Origin: an uncultured Acidimicrobiia bacterium | Lineage (GTDB): Bacteria > Actinomycetota > Acidimicrobiia > Spongiisociales > JAENVV01 | Direction: 5' to 3' | Assembly: GCA_963752075.1 (NCBI GenBank) | Contig: CAVVWO010000002.1 | Span: forward strand, 131,993 to 195,992 | DNA: 64,000 bases | In this document: positions 21,601 through 30,250 of the stretch, piece by piece | Layout of the letters: every line of letters starts with the position of its first letter | Position numbering within the stretch: position 1 is the stretch's first letter | Notes under the pieces: model-generated | The model's database searches: none | Told to the model about the DNA's origin: nothing | Seen by the model: only the letters and a program-made list of their open reading frames with translations | Translations under genes and position numbers: made by a program

Positions 21601-22179
21601 CTAGTCCCCGGACCGCCGTTGTCCGGCCGCCTGAATGGCAGCCTGGGGATTCTCGATGAATTGCTCCACCACGTCCGCGGCATCCTCGACCAGGAGATCG
21701 ACCTCGGGCCGCTCGGTCTTCGAGAACGGTTTCAACACGAACGAAGCCGGATCCATCCGCCCCGGGGGCCTTCCGACTCCAACCTTGAGACGATGGAAAT
21801 CTTGCGTCCCGAGCGTTTGGGCCACCGATTTGATGCCGTTGTGTCCGCCGGGACCACGATCGCGTTGCAGGCGGAGCCGCGCAAACGCCAGATCTATGTC
21901 GTCATGTACGACGAGGAGATCGTCGACGGTTTCCTTGAAGTACTTCAACACCGACTTGACCGGTCCTCCGGATACGTTCATGTTCGCCATCGGGAGGGCA
22001 AGGATGATCGGCCGGCCACCACGCGTCGTGCGGGCAAGGAGGGCGCGCACTCGCAGCGGACCCTTCTTGAGTTGGAGATCCCATCGTCGCGCCAGAGTGT
22101 CGACGACCTCGGCCCCCACGTTGTGGCGGGTGCCGTCGTAATGGGCTTCCGGGTTCCACAGCCCGACGATGACGGGCAT
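21601..22179 (-). CDS. pth: peptidyl-tRNA hydrolase
   Basis: [34 protein letters not shown]. Confidence 0.95.
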   Translation of the reverse strand: MPVIVGLWNPEAHYDGTRHNVGAEVVDTLARRWDLQLKKGPLRVRALLARTTRGGRPIILALPMANMNVSGGPVKSVLKYFKETVDDLLVVHDDIDLAFARLRLQRDRGPGGHNGIKSVAQTLGTQDFHRLKVGVGRPPGRMDPASFVLKPFSKTERPEVDLLVEDAADVVEQFIENPQAAIQAAGQRRSGD

Positions 22180-22190
22180 CGGCGCCGGCC

Positions 22191-22859
22191 TTACTCCCCG
22201 TCTGCTTCGCCGTCCTCGGCGCCTTCGGCGGTCTCTTCGCCCTCGAAGCCCTCTTCGCCCTCTTCGCCCTCGACGCCCTCTTCCTCCTCCTCTGCGAGGA
22301 TCGCAGCAGGCAGAGAAACGGAGGCGAGCGGAGCGTCGGACTCTTCGATGTACTCGACTCCGTCGATGACCGGGAGGCTGGCTACGGTGATGGTGTCGTT
22401 GACATCGAGCCCGGACACGTCGATGGCGATCGACGACGGGATATCGGTGGCGAGGGCCTCGACCGTCACCGTGGTGCGGATCGTTTCGAGAATGGCACCC
22501 GCGTCTCTCACCCCGATGGGTTCACCAACGAAGTCCAGCGACACGTCACCCTGGACCTTTTCTGTCAGCGAGATCTGCAGGAAGTCGACATGGTTGATCT
22601 GGGCCCGAAACGGGTGACGCTGGATCTGGCGAGCGAAGGTTGTAATGGTCTCGCCGCCTTCCACATCGAGGGAGATGATGACGTTGAGCCCGGCCTCCGT
22701 GTGGAGCGCCGCGTTCAGCTCCCGATGATCGACGGCCACGGCGATGGGGTCGAGGTCGGACCCGTAGACGGTCCCGGGTACGAGGCCTTCGCGGCGTAGG
22801 CGCCGAGAGGCGCGGCTGCCTTGCTCCCTACCGGTGTGGGCGCGCAACGTGATTTCCAT
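22191..22859 (-). CDS. ctc: 50S ribosomal protein L25 / general stress protein Ctc, with an acidic E/G-rich tail
   Basis: MEITLRAHTGREQGSRASRRLRREGLVPGTVYG at the N-terminus. Immediately upstream of pth, as is usual. Confidence 0.93.
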   Translation of the reverse strand: MEITLRAHTGREQGSRASRRLRREGLVPGTVYGSDLDPIAVAVDHRELNAALHTEAGLNVIISLDVEGGETITTFARQIQRHPFRAQINHVDFLQISLTEKVQGDVSLDFVGEPIGVRDAGAILETIRTTVTVEALATDIPSSIAIDVSGLDVNDTITVASLPVIDGVEYIEESDAPLASVSLPAAILAEEEEEGVEGEEGEEGFEGEETAEGAEDGEADGE

Positions 22860-22955
22860 GGCAAAACTCCGTGAGTGAGGTGGATCCTCCACATTATGCC
22901 TGATCCAGGGCCTGTCTAGCAAAGCGCCCGAGCCCGAGGCGCCATGGCACAGGGC

Positions 22956-23558
22956 TCACTGAGGCTGCACCGACCAGAGTGCCCAACCTTCGGACCCCCG
23001 ACGAAAGGCCATGCGCCATTCCAGACGCTGTGCTGCCTCACCGGTTCTGGCGAAAACCACCGACCCCTCCACAACGGGCCGGCCTTGTTCATCGAGCGAC
23101 ACAACGGGCGACTCGAGCGTCACCAGGTAGGGAGGGTTCCCCAAGGGCTCCGCCTGTAGCTCGGGCGATTCCTGCGCGAGCTGGCCGTACTGAGGGCCTT
23201 CCGGATCAAACCACGGGCCGAGGGCCTCGAGGTCGCCACTCACCGCGAACCGACCCCAGGCATCGAGAGCACCCTTTGCGGCGGCGAGCACTTCTGCCTC
23301 GGTCACCGCGTCCGGCCCATTGGTGGGCGCGGCCAGAGGCTGGGTCTGGGGCGGAGCCGTGCTCGGCGGCGCGGTCGTGAGGGCAGATTCCGACGGGCGG
23401 GGGATCGACTCGACGGTGGCCACCGGCGTCGACATCGGGAGCGGGACCGGTTCCCGGCCGACCTGCCAGAGCAGGACCACCGCCAGGGCCCCGATGATCC
23501 CCGCCACGGAGATGAGCCGCCAGGCCGCCAGACCCGTGCCCTCAGAACCCACTCTCAC
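22956..23558 (-). CDS. hypothetical bitopic membrane protein: TM anchor, Pro/Thr/Ala linker and NTF2-like C-terminal domain (tentative)
   Basis: GTGA overlap with the tadG-like stop. TM segment LISVAGIIGALAVVLLW. The C-terminal EVLAAAKGALDAWGRFAVSGDLEALGPWFDPEG pattern resembles SnoaL/NTF2-like folds. Confidence 0.55.
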   Translation of the reverse strand: MRVGSEGTGLAAWRLISVAGIIGALAVVLLWQVGREPVPLPMSTPVATVESIPRPSESALTTAPPSTAPPQTQPLAAPTNGPDAVTEAEVLAAAKGALDAWGRFAVSGDLEALGPWFDPEGPQYGQLAQESPELQAEPLGNPPYLVTLESPVVSLDEQGRPVVEGSVVFARTGEAAQRLEWRMAFRRGSEGWALWSVQPQ

Positions 23559-23980
23559 CCCCCTGCGCGGGGCTCTGACGAGCCGGACACCGACACCGGA
23601 ACCGACTGGGCGCCGCCGATCGTGAGAATCTTGAGGAGGGTGAGTTCGACCTCCCGATACAGCGTCACCGTCATGAGCGTGTCGGTCGCCGTGAGGTCAG
23701 GCGCGGCACTGAAGGTCGAACCCGCCAGGTAGGCGGATGCCGCAGCCTCCGCACGGGGTCGGTCCAGTTTGATGACGGTCGGGTCGTCTCGGAAGGCGAC
23801 TACGTCCACTTCCGAGGCTCCTGCCACGGCCGCGGAGTCCGCCATCACCGCCAGTTCGGATCGGGCCCCCATGACCCTCCACAGGTCGAGACTGATTCCT
23901 CCCAAACCCAACATGGCGATGGCCAGACCCAACACCCAGATCGTCACCGCCCCCCGATCGTCGATCAGCCGCGCCTTCAC
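23555..23980 (-). CDS. TadG/TadE-family pseudopilin-like protein
   Basis: VKARLIDDRGAVTIWVLGLAIAMLGLGGISLD N-terminus, typical of the TadG-like N-terminal region. GGAG-n6-GTG start with a GTGA overlap. Only the last 141 codons of the 369-aa ORF are credible. Confidence 0.7.
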   Translation of the reverse strand: MKARLIDDRGAVTIWVLGLAIAMLGLGGISLDLWRVMGARSELAVMADSAAVAGASEVDVVAFRDDPTVIKLDRPRAEAAASAYLAGSTFSAAPDLTATDTLMTVTLYREVELTLLKILTIGGAQSVPVSVSGSSEPRAGG

Positions 23981-24432
23981 GGAAAGCTCCGGTACAGGTC
24001 GACACGCTCCTCGTGGACCGCCGTCCAGACGAAGCCGCCGGAGGATACGGTGCTGCCACCGTCGCCGATGAGAGGGATACTCACGGCGGGCATGACCACC
24101 GTCACCTCCACCAGGATGGTGTCCCCCCTGACGAGGGTTCCGCAGTTGGAAGCGGCCGTCGTCCCGCACAAATGAACGGTGACTTCGCCGGCCGGGATCC
24201 CGTGGTTGGCAGCGATCTGATACCCAATGGCGCGAGCACCGGCATTGTCCGGCTCCGCCGCCACTGAGGTCACGATGACACGGGCCGCTTCGGCGGCGGC
24301 CAGTTCCGCCATGTTCCGCCGAGCGAACCAGGGAGCGAACATGAGCGCCAGGTAGGCCATCGGGATGAGCAGCAGGGTGATGGCGAGAGGGAATTCCACA
24401 GCGGCATTGCCGTCTTCCCTCCGGATTCTCAC
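23977..24432 (-). CDS. TadE-like pseudopilin
   Basis: DGNAAVEFPLAITLLLIPMAYLAL (TadE N-terminal motif). AAGGAG-n8-GTG start with a GTGA overlap. Confidence 0.75.
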   Translation of the reverse strand: MRIRREDGNAAVEFPLAITLLLIPMAYLALMFAPWFARRNMAELAAAEAARVIVTSVAAEPDNAGARAIGYQIAANHGIPAGEVTVHLCGTTAASNCGTLVRGDTILVEVTVVMPAVSIPLIGDGGSTVSSGGFVWTAVHEERVDLYRSFP

Positions 24433-24800
24433 GGCAGTTGCTCCTTGACTGCGGTGGCAGACATGTCGAGATCGAAATCGGGAACGAGGGGCGAGAATTT
24501 GGGGAACGTGGCTGTCGCCCTGGCCACCACTTGACCACCTGCTTCGATGCACCCATAGGAGACGTCATTTCCCATCGGGCCAGAGAGAAGACTGTCGAGA
24601 GCTTCCTGAATGGCGGCCTCGCAAGAACCGGGCACCGCTTCGGCCGAAGACTGGGAGCGAACACCGTCGTCGAGAGCCGTTCTCACCACGCCTTCGGCGT
24701 ATTGATAGATCACCAGGTTTGCCAGCGCCACGAAGAAGATCATGGAGAAGCCGACGGCCAGAATCGTCGTTATGGACGTCAGTCCGGCTTCAGATGGCTC
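24429..24800 (-). CDS. TadE/TadF-like pseudopilin; start undefined
   Basis: SEAGLTSITTILAVGFSMIFFVALANLVIYQYAEGVV hydrophobic N-terminus followed by a Cys-containing domain. There is no ATG, GTG or TTG between the flp stop and the TM segment. Confidence 0.55.
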   Translation of the reverse strand, partial: EPSEAGLTSITTILAVGFSMIFFVALANLVIYQYAEGVVRTALDDGVRSQSSAEAVPGSCEAAIQEALDSLLSGPMGNDVSYGCIEAGGQVVARATATFPKFSPLVPDFDLDMSATAVKEQLP

Positions 24801-25002
24801 AGGGACCCGCCGAGGCGCGATCGAACATGTCGTTGAGGAGGTCCTGGCCCCGACCTGAGATGACGCCCCAGAGAATGATGAGAACGCCGATCGCCAAGGC
24901 CACGTTTCCGAGCAGTTCGGCGGTGCTGAGGCCCTGGTCATCTCTCAATCCCCGCAGGAGCAGGTTGGCCCTGGCCTGCACAATTTCGATACTTTGGAGC
25001 AA
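24799..25002 (-). CDS. flp: Flp-type pilin (actinobacterial DUF4244-like)
   Basis: 68 aa from the TTG 6 nt after GGGAGG. Leader ...RGLRDDQG then LSTAELLGNVALAIGVLIILWGVI, resembling the G/XXXXE(Y) Flp processing motif. Confidence 0.7.
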   Translation of the reverse strand: MLQSIEIVQARANLLLRGLRDDQGLSTAELLGNVALAIGVLIILWGVISGRGQDLLNDMFDRASAGP

Positions 25003-25045
25003 TCCGTTCCTCCCTGGTTTCCGGTGCCATTGTGGCACACATTCG

Positions 25046-26011
25046 TCAGAGGCCAAACAGAATCGACGGAATCGGAGCCGCCACGAACAACAGCAGAATC
25101 GGCGCCAGAATCGCGATGGTGGGAAGCAGCATGGCGGCCTTGCGGCGCGTAGCAGCCCGCTTCATCGCCTCTCTTCGACCCTCTCGAACATCTTCACTCA
25201 ACGCCAGAAGCGCCCCCGCCAGATCGGAACCGCGCTCCTCGGCGGCGGCGAGTAGCGAGTAGGTACGGGCGCAGTTTCGTTCCGGGGTCAGATCGGCAGC
25301 CCGTTCGAACGCCTCCGACGCCGGCATCCCGTTTCGGTGAAGTCGGAGCGCCTCGGCCATTTCATCGATGACATCGCCGTTTCCCCGATCCACGAGCTGT
25401 TGTACGGCCTGAACCACGCCTCCTCCGACCCGGATGTGCATCGCCATCAGCTGGTTCACGGTGTAGATCTCGATCCGCATGCGCCCCTGCCGATCCTGGA
25501 TAGCGGTCTCCAACGAACCACGTTTGCGGGCCGCCAGGCCGAAGAATCCGAGTCCACCAAAGAGCAAGGCGCCCAACGTGGAAGAGCCGACCACCAACCC
25601 GACCCCGATCCCGATGGCACCGCCCAAGAGGCCGCTTCCCAACAGGCGCACCCGGTACTCGGCCAGACGTTGGTGTTCGGGGATGTTGTGATACATGCCG
25701 GCTTGGCGGAGTTTGATGAGAATGGCCTCCTCCGAGCCACTGTCCATCAGCCGACCGACCCGATTGGCCACAGACTCGAGAATCGGACCGAACACCTGCC
25801 GAAGCGAACCGGCTCCGATGGCGTTGGCCGCCATCCCGAATGCAACGACATCGGGGCTCCTGCCCAGGGAGGTTCGGCTGATGACGGTGTAGGGGCGGAC
25901 GCGCGGCGCCAACCGTTTCGTAGGCCGATAGAACAAGGCGGCGATCCCCGCCACCGCCACGCCGGTCAGCAACGCCGCCAAGACCATTCTGCCGGTCAGG
26001 TCGGTGATCAC
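25046..26011 (-). CDS. tadC: type II secretion system F-family protein TadC
   Basis: Position after tadB, T2SSF-like helical repeats and terminal TM helices. GTGA overlap with the tadB stop. Confidence 0.85.
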   Translation of the reverse strand: MITDLTGRMVLAALLTGVAVAGIAALFYRPTKRLAPRVRPYTVISRTSLGRSPDVVAFGMAANAIGAGSLRQVFGPILESVANRVGRLMDSGSEEAILIKLRQAGMYHNIPEHQRLAEYRVRLLGSGLLGGAIGIGVGLVVGSSTLGALLFGGLGFFGLAARKRGSLETAIQDRQGRMRIEIYTVNQLMAMHIRVGGGVVQAVQQLVDRGNGDVIDEMAEALRLHRNGMPASEAFERAADLTPERNCARTYSLLAAAEERGSDLAGALLALSEDVREGRREAMKRAATRRKAAMLLPTIAILAPILLLFVAAPIPSILFGL

Positions 26012-26904
26012 GAGCCGGGCTCCTCGATGATCACGGCCGCTCCTCCGAGCACTCGTTTCTCATCCGGCTCCTGACCGAGACGGGTGACCAGCCAGATGCC
26101 AAACAGGCTCAATCCGGCGCCAACCAGGACGACCGCCGTGCCAGAGCTGGTTCGATAGAAATCACGAATGAAGCCTTCCCGAGCGGTGAGTGCCAGGAGC
26201 ACGAACCAAGGAAGAGCGAACACGATCCGGGCGTTGATCTTCTGCTCGAGCGACTCGCTCTGGATCTCTTCCAATGTCCACAGGTCCCGGGTCGTGGCCT
26301 GAGCGAGGTCTTGAAGGATCTCGGGAACGATGGTGCCGCCCCGTTCCTGGGCAAGGATGAGCACCTCGATGACCCGGTCGGTGGTGGGGTCGGCGACCTC
26401 CTCCTTGATGATCTCGAGGGCCGGGACCACACCGAGCGCTCTCGAAAGCAGCTGGAACCGTTCGAAGGCCAATTGAAGTGGCTCCGGACCCTTGTCGGCC
26501 AATGCCTCGACGGCCCGTTGCAGAGACATCCCCGAAGAGATGGAGGCCGTCAGATCACGGAGCCCGTCCGGCCACGCCTCCTGGACCTGGGACATGCGCT
26601 GGCTGCGCTGTCGGCCGAAGTAGGAGCGCGGGACCAGGCTCACGCCAACGGCCGGTACCAGTGCCACCGAGGGGATGCCGGTCATGAGCAGGAACACCAG
26701 GTAGGCAACGACTCCGGCCGCCAACGAAGCCAGCCAGAACTGTCGAGGTGTGAGATCGACCCCTGCCTGGGTGAGCCACAGTTGCCGTTCGCTGACCTCC
26801 TGGCGTCTCCCCCGGTCGAACTCGAGACGAGGAGCGTTGCCCATCAGAAAGCCGATGAGGAAGTAGACGAACGTCGCCGAGAGCAGTCCGGCGATCAGTC
26901 GCAT
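26008..26904 (-). CDS. tadB: type II secretion system F-family protein TadB
   Basis: 298 aa with N- and C-terminal TM helices flanking a cytoplasmic T2SSF-like domain. Lies immediately downstream of tadA. Confidence 0.85.
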   Translation of the reverse strand: MRLIAGLLSATFVYFLIGFLMGNAPRLEFDRGRRQEVSERQLWLTQAGVDLTPRQFWLASLAAGVVAYLVFLLMTGIPSVALVPAVGVSLVPRSYFGRQRSQRMSQVQEAWPDGLRDLTASISSGMSLQRAVEALADKGPEPLQLAFERFQLLSRALGVVPALEIIKEEVADPTTDRVIEVLILAQERGGTIVPEILQDLAQATTRDLWTLEEIQSESLEQKINARIVFALPWFVLLALTAREGFIRDFYRTSSGTAVVLVGAGLSLFGIWLVTRLGQEPDEKRVLGGAAVIIEEPGS

Positions 26905-26914
26905 CGGACCCTCC

Positions 26915-28195
26915 TCACAGGGGCGAGACCCGGCCTTCCAAGATGCCGCGCAACGTCATCTCCTCGGGCAGCGATTGCTCGAGCAAGCCGACCTTCTGTT
27001 CAGACGGAAGGCTGCCGGTCCAGTCGAGTGGCTTGCCGAGTGCCTCACGATGGAAGATCGGTTCGGTGGAGAAATCCTCGGTGAGCGCCGGCACGACGGC
27101 CAAGATCTCCATGACCTGACGCCGGAGCCCGGTTTCGGCGTCCCGGGCCAGCGAATCCCGTCCGAGGTGGATGACGAAATCGAGCGAAGAGGCGAACACT
27201 TTTCGGACGATCGGCTCACTCACGTTTTCACCGGCCATGAGCGCCGCATTGGTGATGGCGTTGAGGGCGTCCCGGGCGGAGTTGGCGTGAACCGTGCAGG
27301 CAAATCCGCACCCGGCGTTCACGGCTCGCGTCAGTTCGAAAGCCTCACTCCCACGCACCTCGCCAACGATGATGCGATCAGGGCGCATGGCCAGCACCAC
27401 CTTGACGAGATCACGGAGAGAGATCTCGCCGGAACCGTCCAGTGAGGGCGGGCGGGATTCGTAGTACGACCCATGCACGATCGGGACGTGCAGTTCACGC
27501 ACCTCTTCGCAGCAGCGCAAGCAGTGCGAAGGAGGCGCGGCGGACATGAGAGCACTCAACATCGAGGTCTTGCCTGCCCCGGGCGGACCGGACACGAGCG
27601 CGCTCATGTTCGTTTGCATGACGGCCCACAGGAATCCGGCGGCCGGCGGGGTGAGCGACCCGAGTTCGACCATCGATGCCAGCGTCTCCTTCCGAAGGGC
27701 GTAGCGACGCACGGTGGCCGAAAGCCGGTCGGCGATCGGCGAGATGACTGCCGTGAGCCGGGCCGTATCGGCGAGGACGCGCGCTTGGACGATAGGGCTC
27801 GAATTGTCGAGATGACGGTCGGTGTCTGCCAGCAGCCGATTGACCACCTGCCGCGTCTCGTCCTCGGTGGTCGGAATCGGCAGCGCTTTGAGGGTCCCGC
27901 TGCCGTCGATGAAGCTGACTCGCGATCCTTCGATGAAGATCTCTTCGATATCCGTGCGAGTGAAGAGGTCGGTGAGCGGTCCGTAGTCGGCGATCGCCCG
28001 CACCACCCGGTCCACCATCTCGTTGGGATCGCGCAAGGCGCGGGTTTCGCCGAGATGAGCGCGCCGCTGGTAATCGTCGACGGACTCCGTGACGACGGAG
28101 CGCGTTCCGTCCCGATCTCGCACCGGGTCGATGCGACGTTCTTCCACCAGTCGGACGGCGGCTTTGCGAATGACCTCGTAGGCATTCTCAGCCAT
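26915..28195 (-). CDS. tadA: CpaF/TadA secretion ATPase
   Basis: Walker A GPPGAGKTS, Asp box and Walker B RPDRIIVGEVRG, and His box TVHANSA. Start MAENAYEVIRK shares 1 nt with the tadZ stop (TGATG). The upstream 95 codons of the ORF are spurious. Confidence 0.95.
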   Translation of the reverse strand: MAENAYEVIRKAAVRLVEERRIDPVRDRDGTRSVVTESVDDYQRRAHLGETRALRDPNEMVDRVVRAIADYGPLTDLFTRTDIEEIFIEGSRVSFIDGSGTLKALPIPTTEDETRQVVNRLLADTDRHLDNSSPIVQARVLADTARLTAVISPIADRLSATVRRYALRKETLASMVELGSLTPPAAGFLWAVMQTNMSALVSGPPGAGKTSMLSALMSAAPPSHCLRCCEEVRELHVPIVHGSYYESRPPSLDGSGEISLRDLVKVVLAMRPDRIIVGEVRGSEAFELTRAVNAGCGFACTVHANSARDALNAITNAALMAGENVSEPIVRKVFASSLDFVIHLGRDSLARDAETGLRRQVMEILAVVPALTEDFSTEPIFHREALGKPLDWTGSLPSEQKVGLLEQSLPEEMTLRGILEGRVSPL

Positions 28196-29400
28196 CAGGC
28201 CACCGCTTCTTCGTGGGAGCGTCTTCTGCCGCTCGGCGAGAGGATGGCAGAGGCAACCGGGACCAGAGCCTTGGTGAACAGGCCGGAGCCAACGAACTCG
28301 CCGGTCCATGCGGCGACCGCCACTCGCTTGTCGTCCGGTGCGAACACGAGCGAGCGGGGCGAGTAGGTGCGGGTGATCTCGTGCGTCAGTTCGCCCCGTT
28401 CGAAGGTGGACTTCGGAGCACGGTTGAGGACGATGTGGAGGGGGCGATGGCGGGCGAGGGTCCGGGCGTCGGCCACCCAATCGAGCAGCCGAGCCACGCC
28501 GACGGGAGTTGGCGGCGCCGCCACCACCACGTGGTCGGCCTTTCTCAGGAGGCTCCGAGCGAGACTGTACCGGCCCGGTCCGCCGTAGTAGGAGAGGTCT
28601 TCGATGGCGCTGGAGATGTTGACGATGACATTCGTGCGCGATTCGGCCATCTCGTTGACCAGGTCGACGACATCGCCATCGCGAACCTCGATCCAGTCCC
28701 TTGGGTTCGAGAGTCCTCCGATGACATCGACCTGGGTGAGGCGGGGCGAGAGGAGCGTGTCGGCCAAACGGTCGGTTCGGTGAAGAAGGGCGTCGACCGA
28801 GGTGCGGAGGTTGGGGTGGACGGCCAGGCCAAGTCGTTGGGCAATCGAAGGGACGACGTTGTCGGCGTCGATGAGCACGGGCCGGTTGATTCCGGAACCG
28901 GCGGCCATGCCGGCCAGGGCCAGGGCGACCTCCGTTGCGCCGGCGCCACCACTGGCCGCGCCGACGACCGTGATGCCGCCGCGCTCCTCGGTCATTGCTT
29001 CAGGGAGAGGAGGCGGGGCGACTCCGGCATCCAGGTCGGTGTCTGTGCGATCGATGACCAGCGTCGAGATGAGCCTCAGAAACTCGTCGGGCGACGCCGA
29101 AGCGTCGATGATCTCGTCTACGCCGAGGTCGCTGAGCCGTCGGTGACCCTCGGGGCCGGTTGCTTCGTCGAAGACGCCGATGACCTTGCGGCCGGAGGCC
29201 TGGACCTGTTGGACGAGCCGTTGGTTGAGGAACGAAGTGATGTCGTCGACGAACAGGACGTGATATTCCTCGGTCAGGGCGTCCTCGGGTCGCATCACGC
29301 GGGCGCGAACCCGGGCGCCGCCGTGGTCCGTGGTGAATCGGTGGAGCCGCTCTGCCCAGTCCCGGGACGAGACGACGACCCCGAGTTCCGTTTCCATCAT
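28195..29400 (-). CDS. tadZ: CpaE/TadZ-like protein (actinobacterial helicase/secretion-neighbourhood type) with degenerate P-loop
   Basis: Receiver-like N-domain followed by a MinD/ParA-like domain. The P-loop position reads GAASGGAGATEV instead of KGGxGK(T/S). Confidence 0.8.
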   Translation of the reverse strand: MMETELGVVVSSRDWAERLHRFTTDHGGARVRARVMRPEDALTEEYHVLFVDDITSFLNQRLVQQVQASGRKVIGVFDEATGPEGHRRLSDLGVDEIIDASASPDEFLRLISTLVIDRTDTDLDAGVAPPPLPEAMTEERGGITVVGAASGGAGATEVALALAGMAAGSGINRPVLIDADNVVPSIAQRLGLAVHPNLRTSVDALLHRTDRLADTLLSPRLTQVDVIGGLSNPRDWIEVRDGDVVDLVNEMAESRTNVIVNISSAIEDLSYYGGPGRYSLARSLLRKADHVVVAAPPTPVGVARLLDWVADARTLARHRPLHIVLNRAPKSTFERGELTHEITRTYSPRSLVFAPDDKRVAVAAWTGEFVGSGLFTKALVPVASAILSPSGRRRSHEEAVA

Positions 29401-30113
29401 CCGCCGCTTCCCTCGGTCGTCTCGGTGGTTTCTCCTTCAGGGGTCGGTTCGGCGCCTTCGGGCGAGATGGCTTCAACCGCGTCGTCGGGAATCTCCGACG
29501 GATCGAAGGTGAGATTTGCAGGAGCGTCGGCGCCGGTCGATCGGACGAGCATCACCGTGCCCTCGTCGAGAGCCGAAGCGATCTGAAGAGAGGTTTGGGC
29601 GTCGACGGCGACGGTGACGTAGAAGTCGAGGGTGGCCCCAAAGTTCTCTTCGGGGTCTGCCACGGCCAAAACCTGCACTCCGGTTGCCACGTAGCGTGCC
29701 ACCTGGTCGTTGACGTGGATGATGTCGATGAGATCGGCCTCGCCGATGGCGCCACCGACGGCCAGGTCGGTTTCGATAGGGATACTCATGGCCCGCTGCT
29801 GGAGAGGCGCGGCGGGTTCCTGAAAGTCGGCGGAACTGACCAGCTGGCCCGCTCGGAGAGGCCGAATGGCGATCTTGCCTTCAACGTCGGCGACATCCTC
29901 GAAGAGGAGCATCGTCTCGAGCACGCTCTCGGTGGCTTTGATCTCCTCGGGCCGGAAATCGGCCGCGGTGACCAGTTGCCCCGGGATGAGCTCGGCCTGG
30001 GCGACGGCCACGGGGAACGTGGCGTCACGCTGTTGGAGGAGGTTGAAGTTGACCAATGCGGCGAGCAGCCCCGCCACGATCATGACGACGTGCCCGGCAG
30101 ACAGTCTGCTCAT
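29397..30113 (-). CDS. cpaB: Flp pilus assembly protein CpaB/RcpC (SAF domain)
   Basis: TM segment VVMIVAGLLAALVNFNLL, then IPGQLVTAADF...RPLRAGQLV (SAF-like), with an acidic Thr/Glu tail. ATGA overlap with the tadZ start. Confidence 0.85.
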   Translation of the reverse strand: MSRLSAGHVVMIVAGLLAALVNFNLLQQRDATFPVAVAQAELIPGQLVTAADFRPEEIKATESVLETMLLFEDVADVEGKIAIRPLRAGQLVSSADFQEPAAPLQQRAMSIPIETDLAVGGAIGEADLIDIIHVNDQVARYVATGVQVLAVADPEENFGATLDFYVTVAVDAQTSLQIASALDEGTVMLVRSTGADAPANLTFDPSEIPDDAVEAISPEGAEPTPEGETTETTEGSGG

Positions 30114-30250
30114 CAACCCACGGCGTGCCGCCGACGGACCGATCGGCCGCACTGGATCTAGGTTCGACTCGGGCACTGCCAAGACACTCTCCTCTCCGGA
30201 ATGAGCATGATACGGTGACCGGGCAAGCGCGACCAAAGGAACCCGCGGTC

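Noticed and set aside
22191-22330. Highly repetitive acidic E/G-rich 3' region of ctc, and a similar acidic tail of cpaB at 29397-29480.
   Set aside because: These are low-complexity acidic tails, as I recall, common on actinobacterial L25/Ctc proteins. They are in frame and show no sign of an independent element.
23555-24664. 369-aa ORF spanning three tad pseudopilin genes, and the 521-aa version of tadA (26915-28480).
   Set aside because: Credible RBS-start pairs with 4-nt overlaps define much shorter genes. The long N-terminal extensions overlap upstream genes out of frame and look non-coding.
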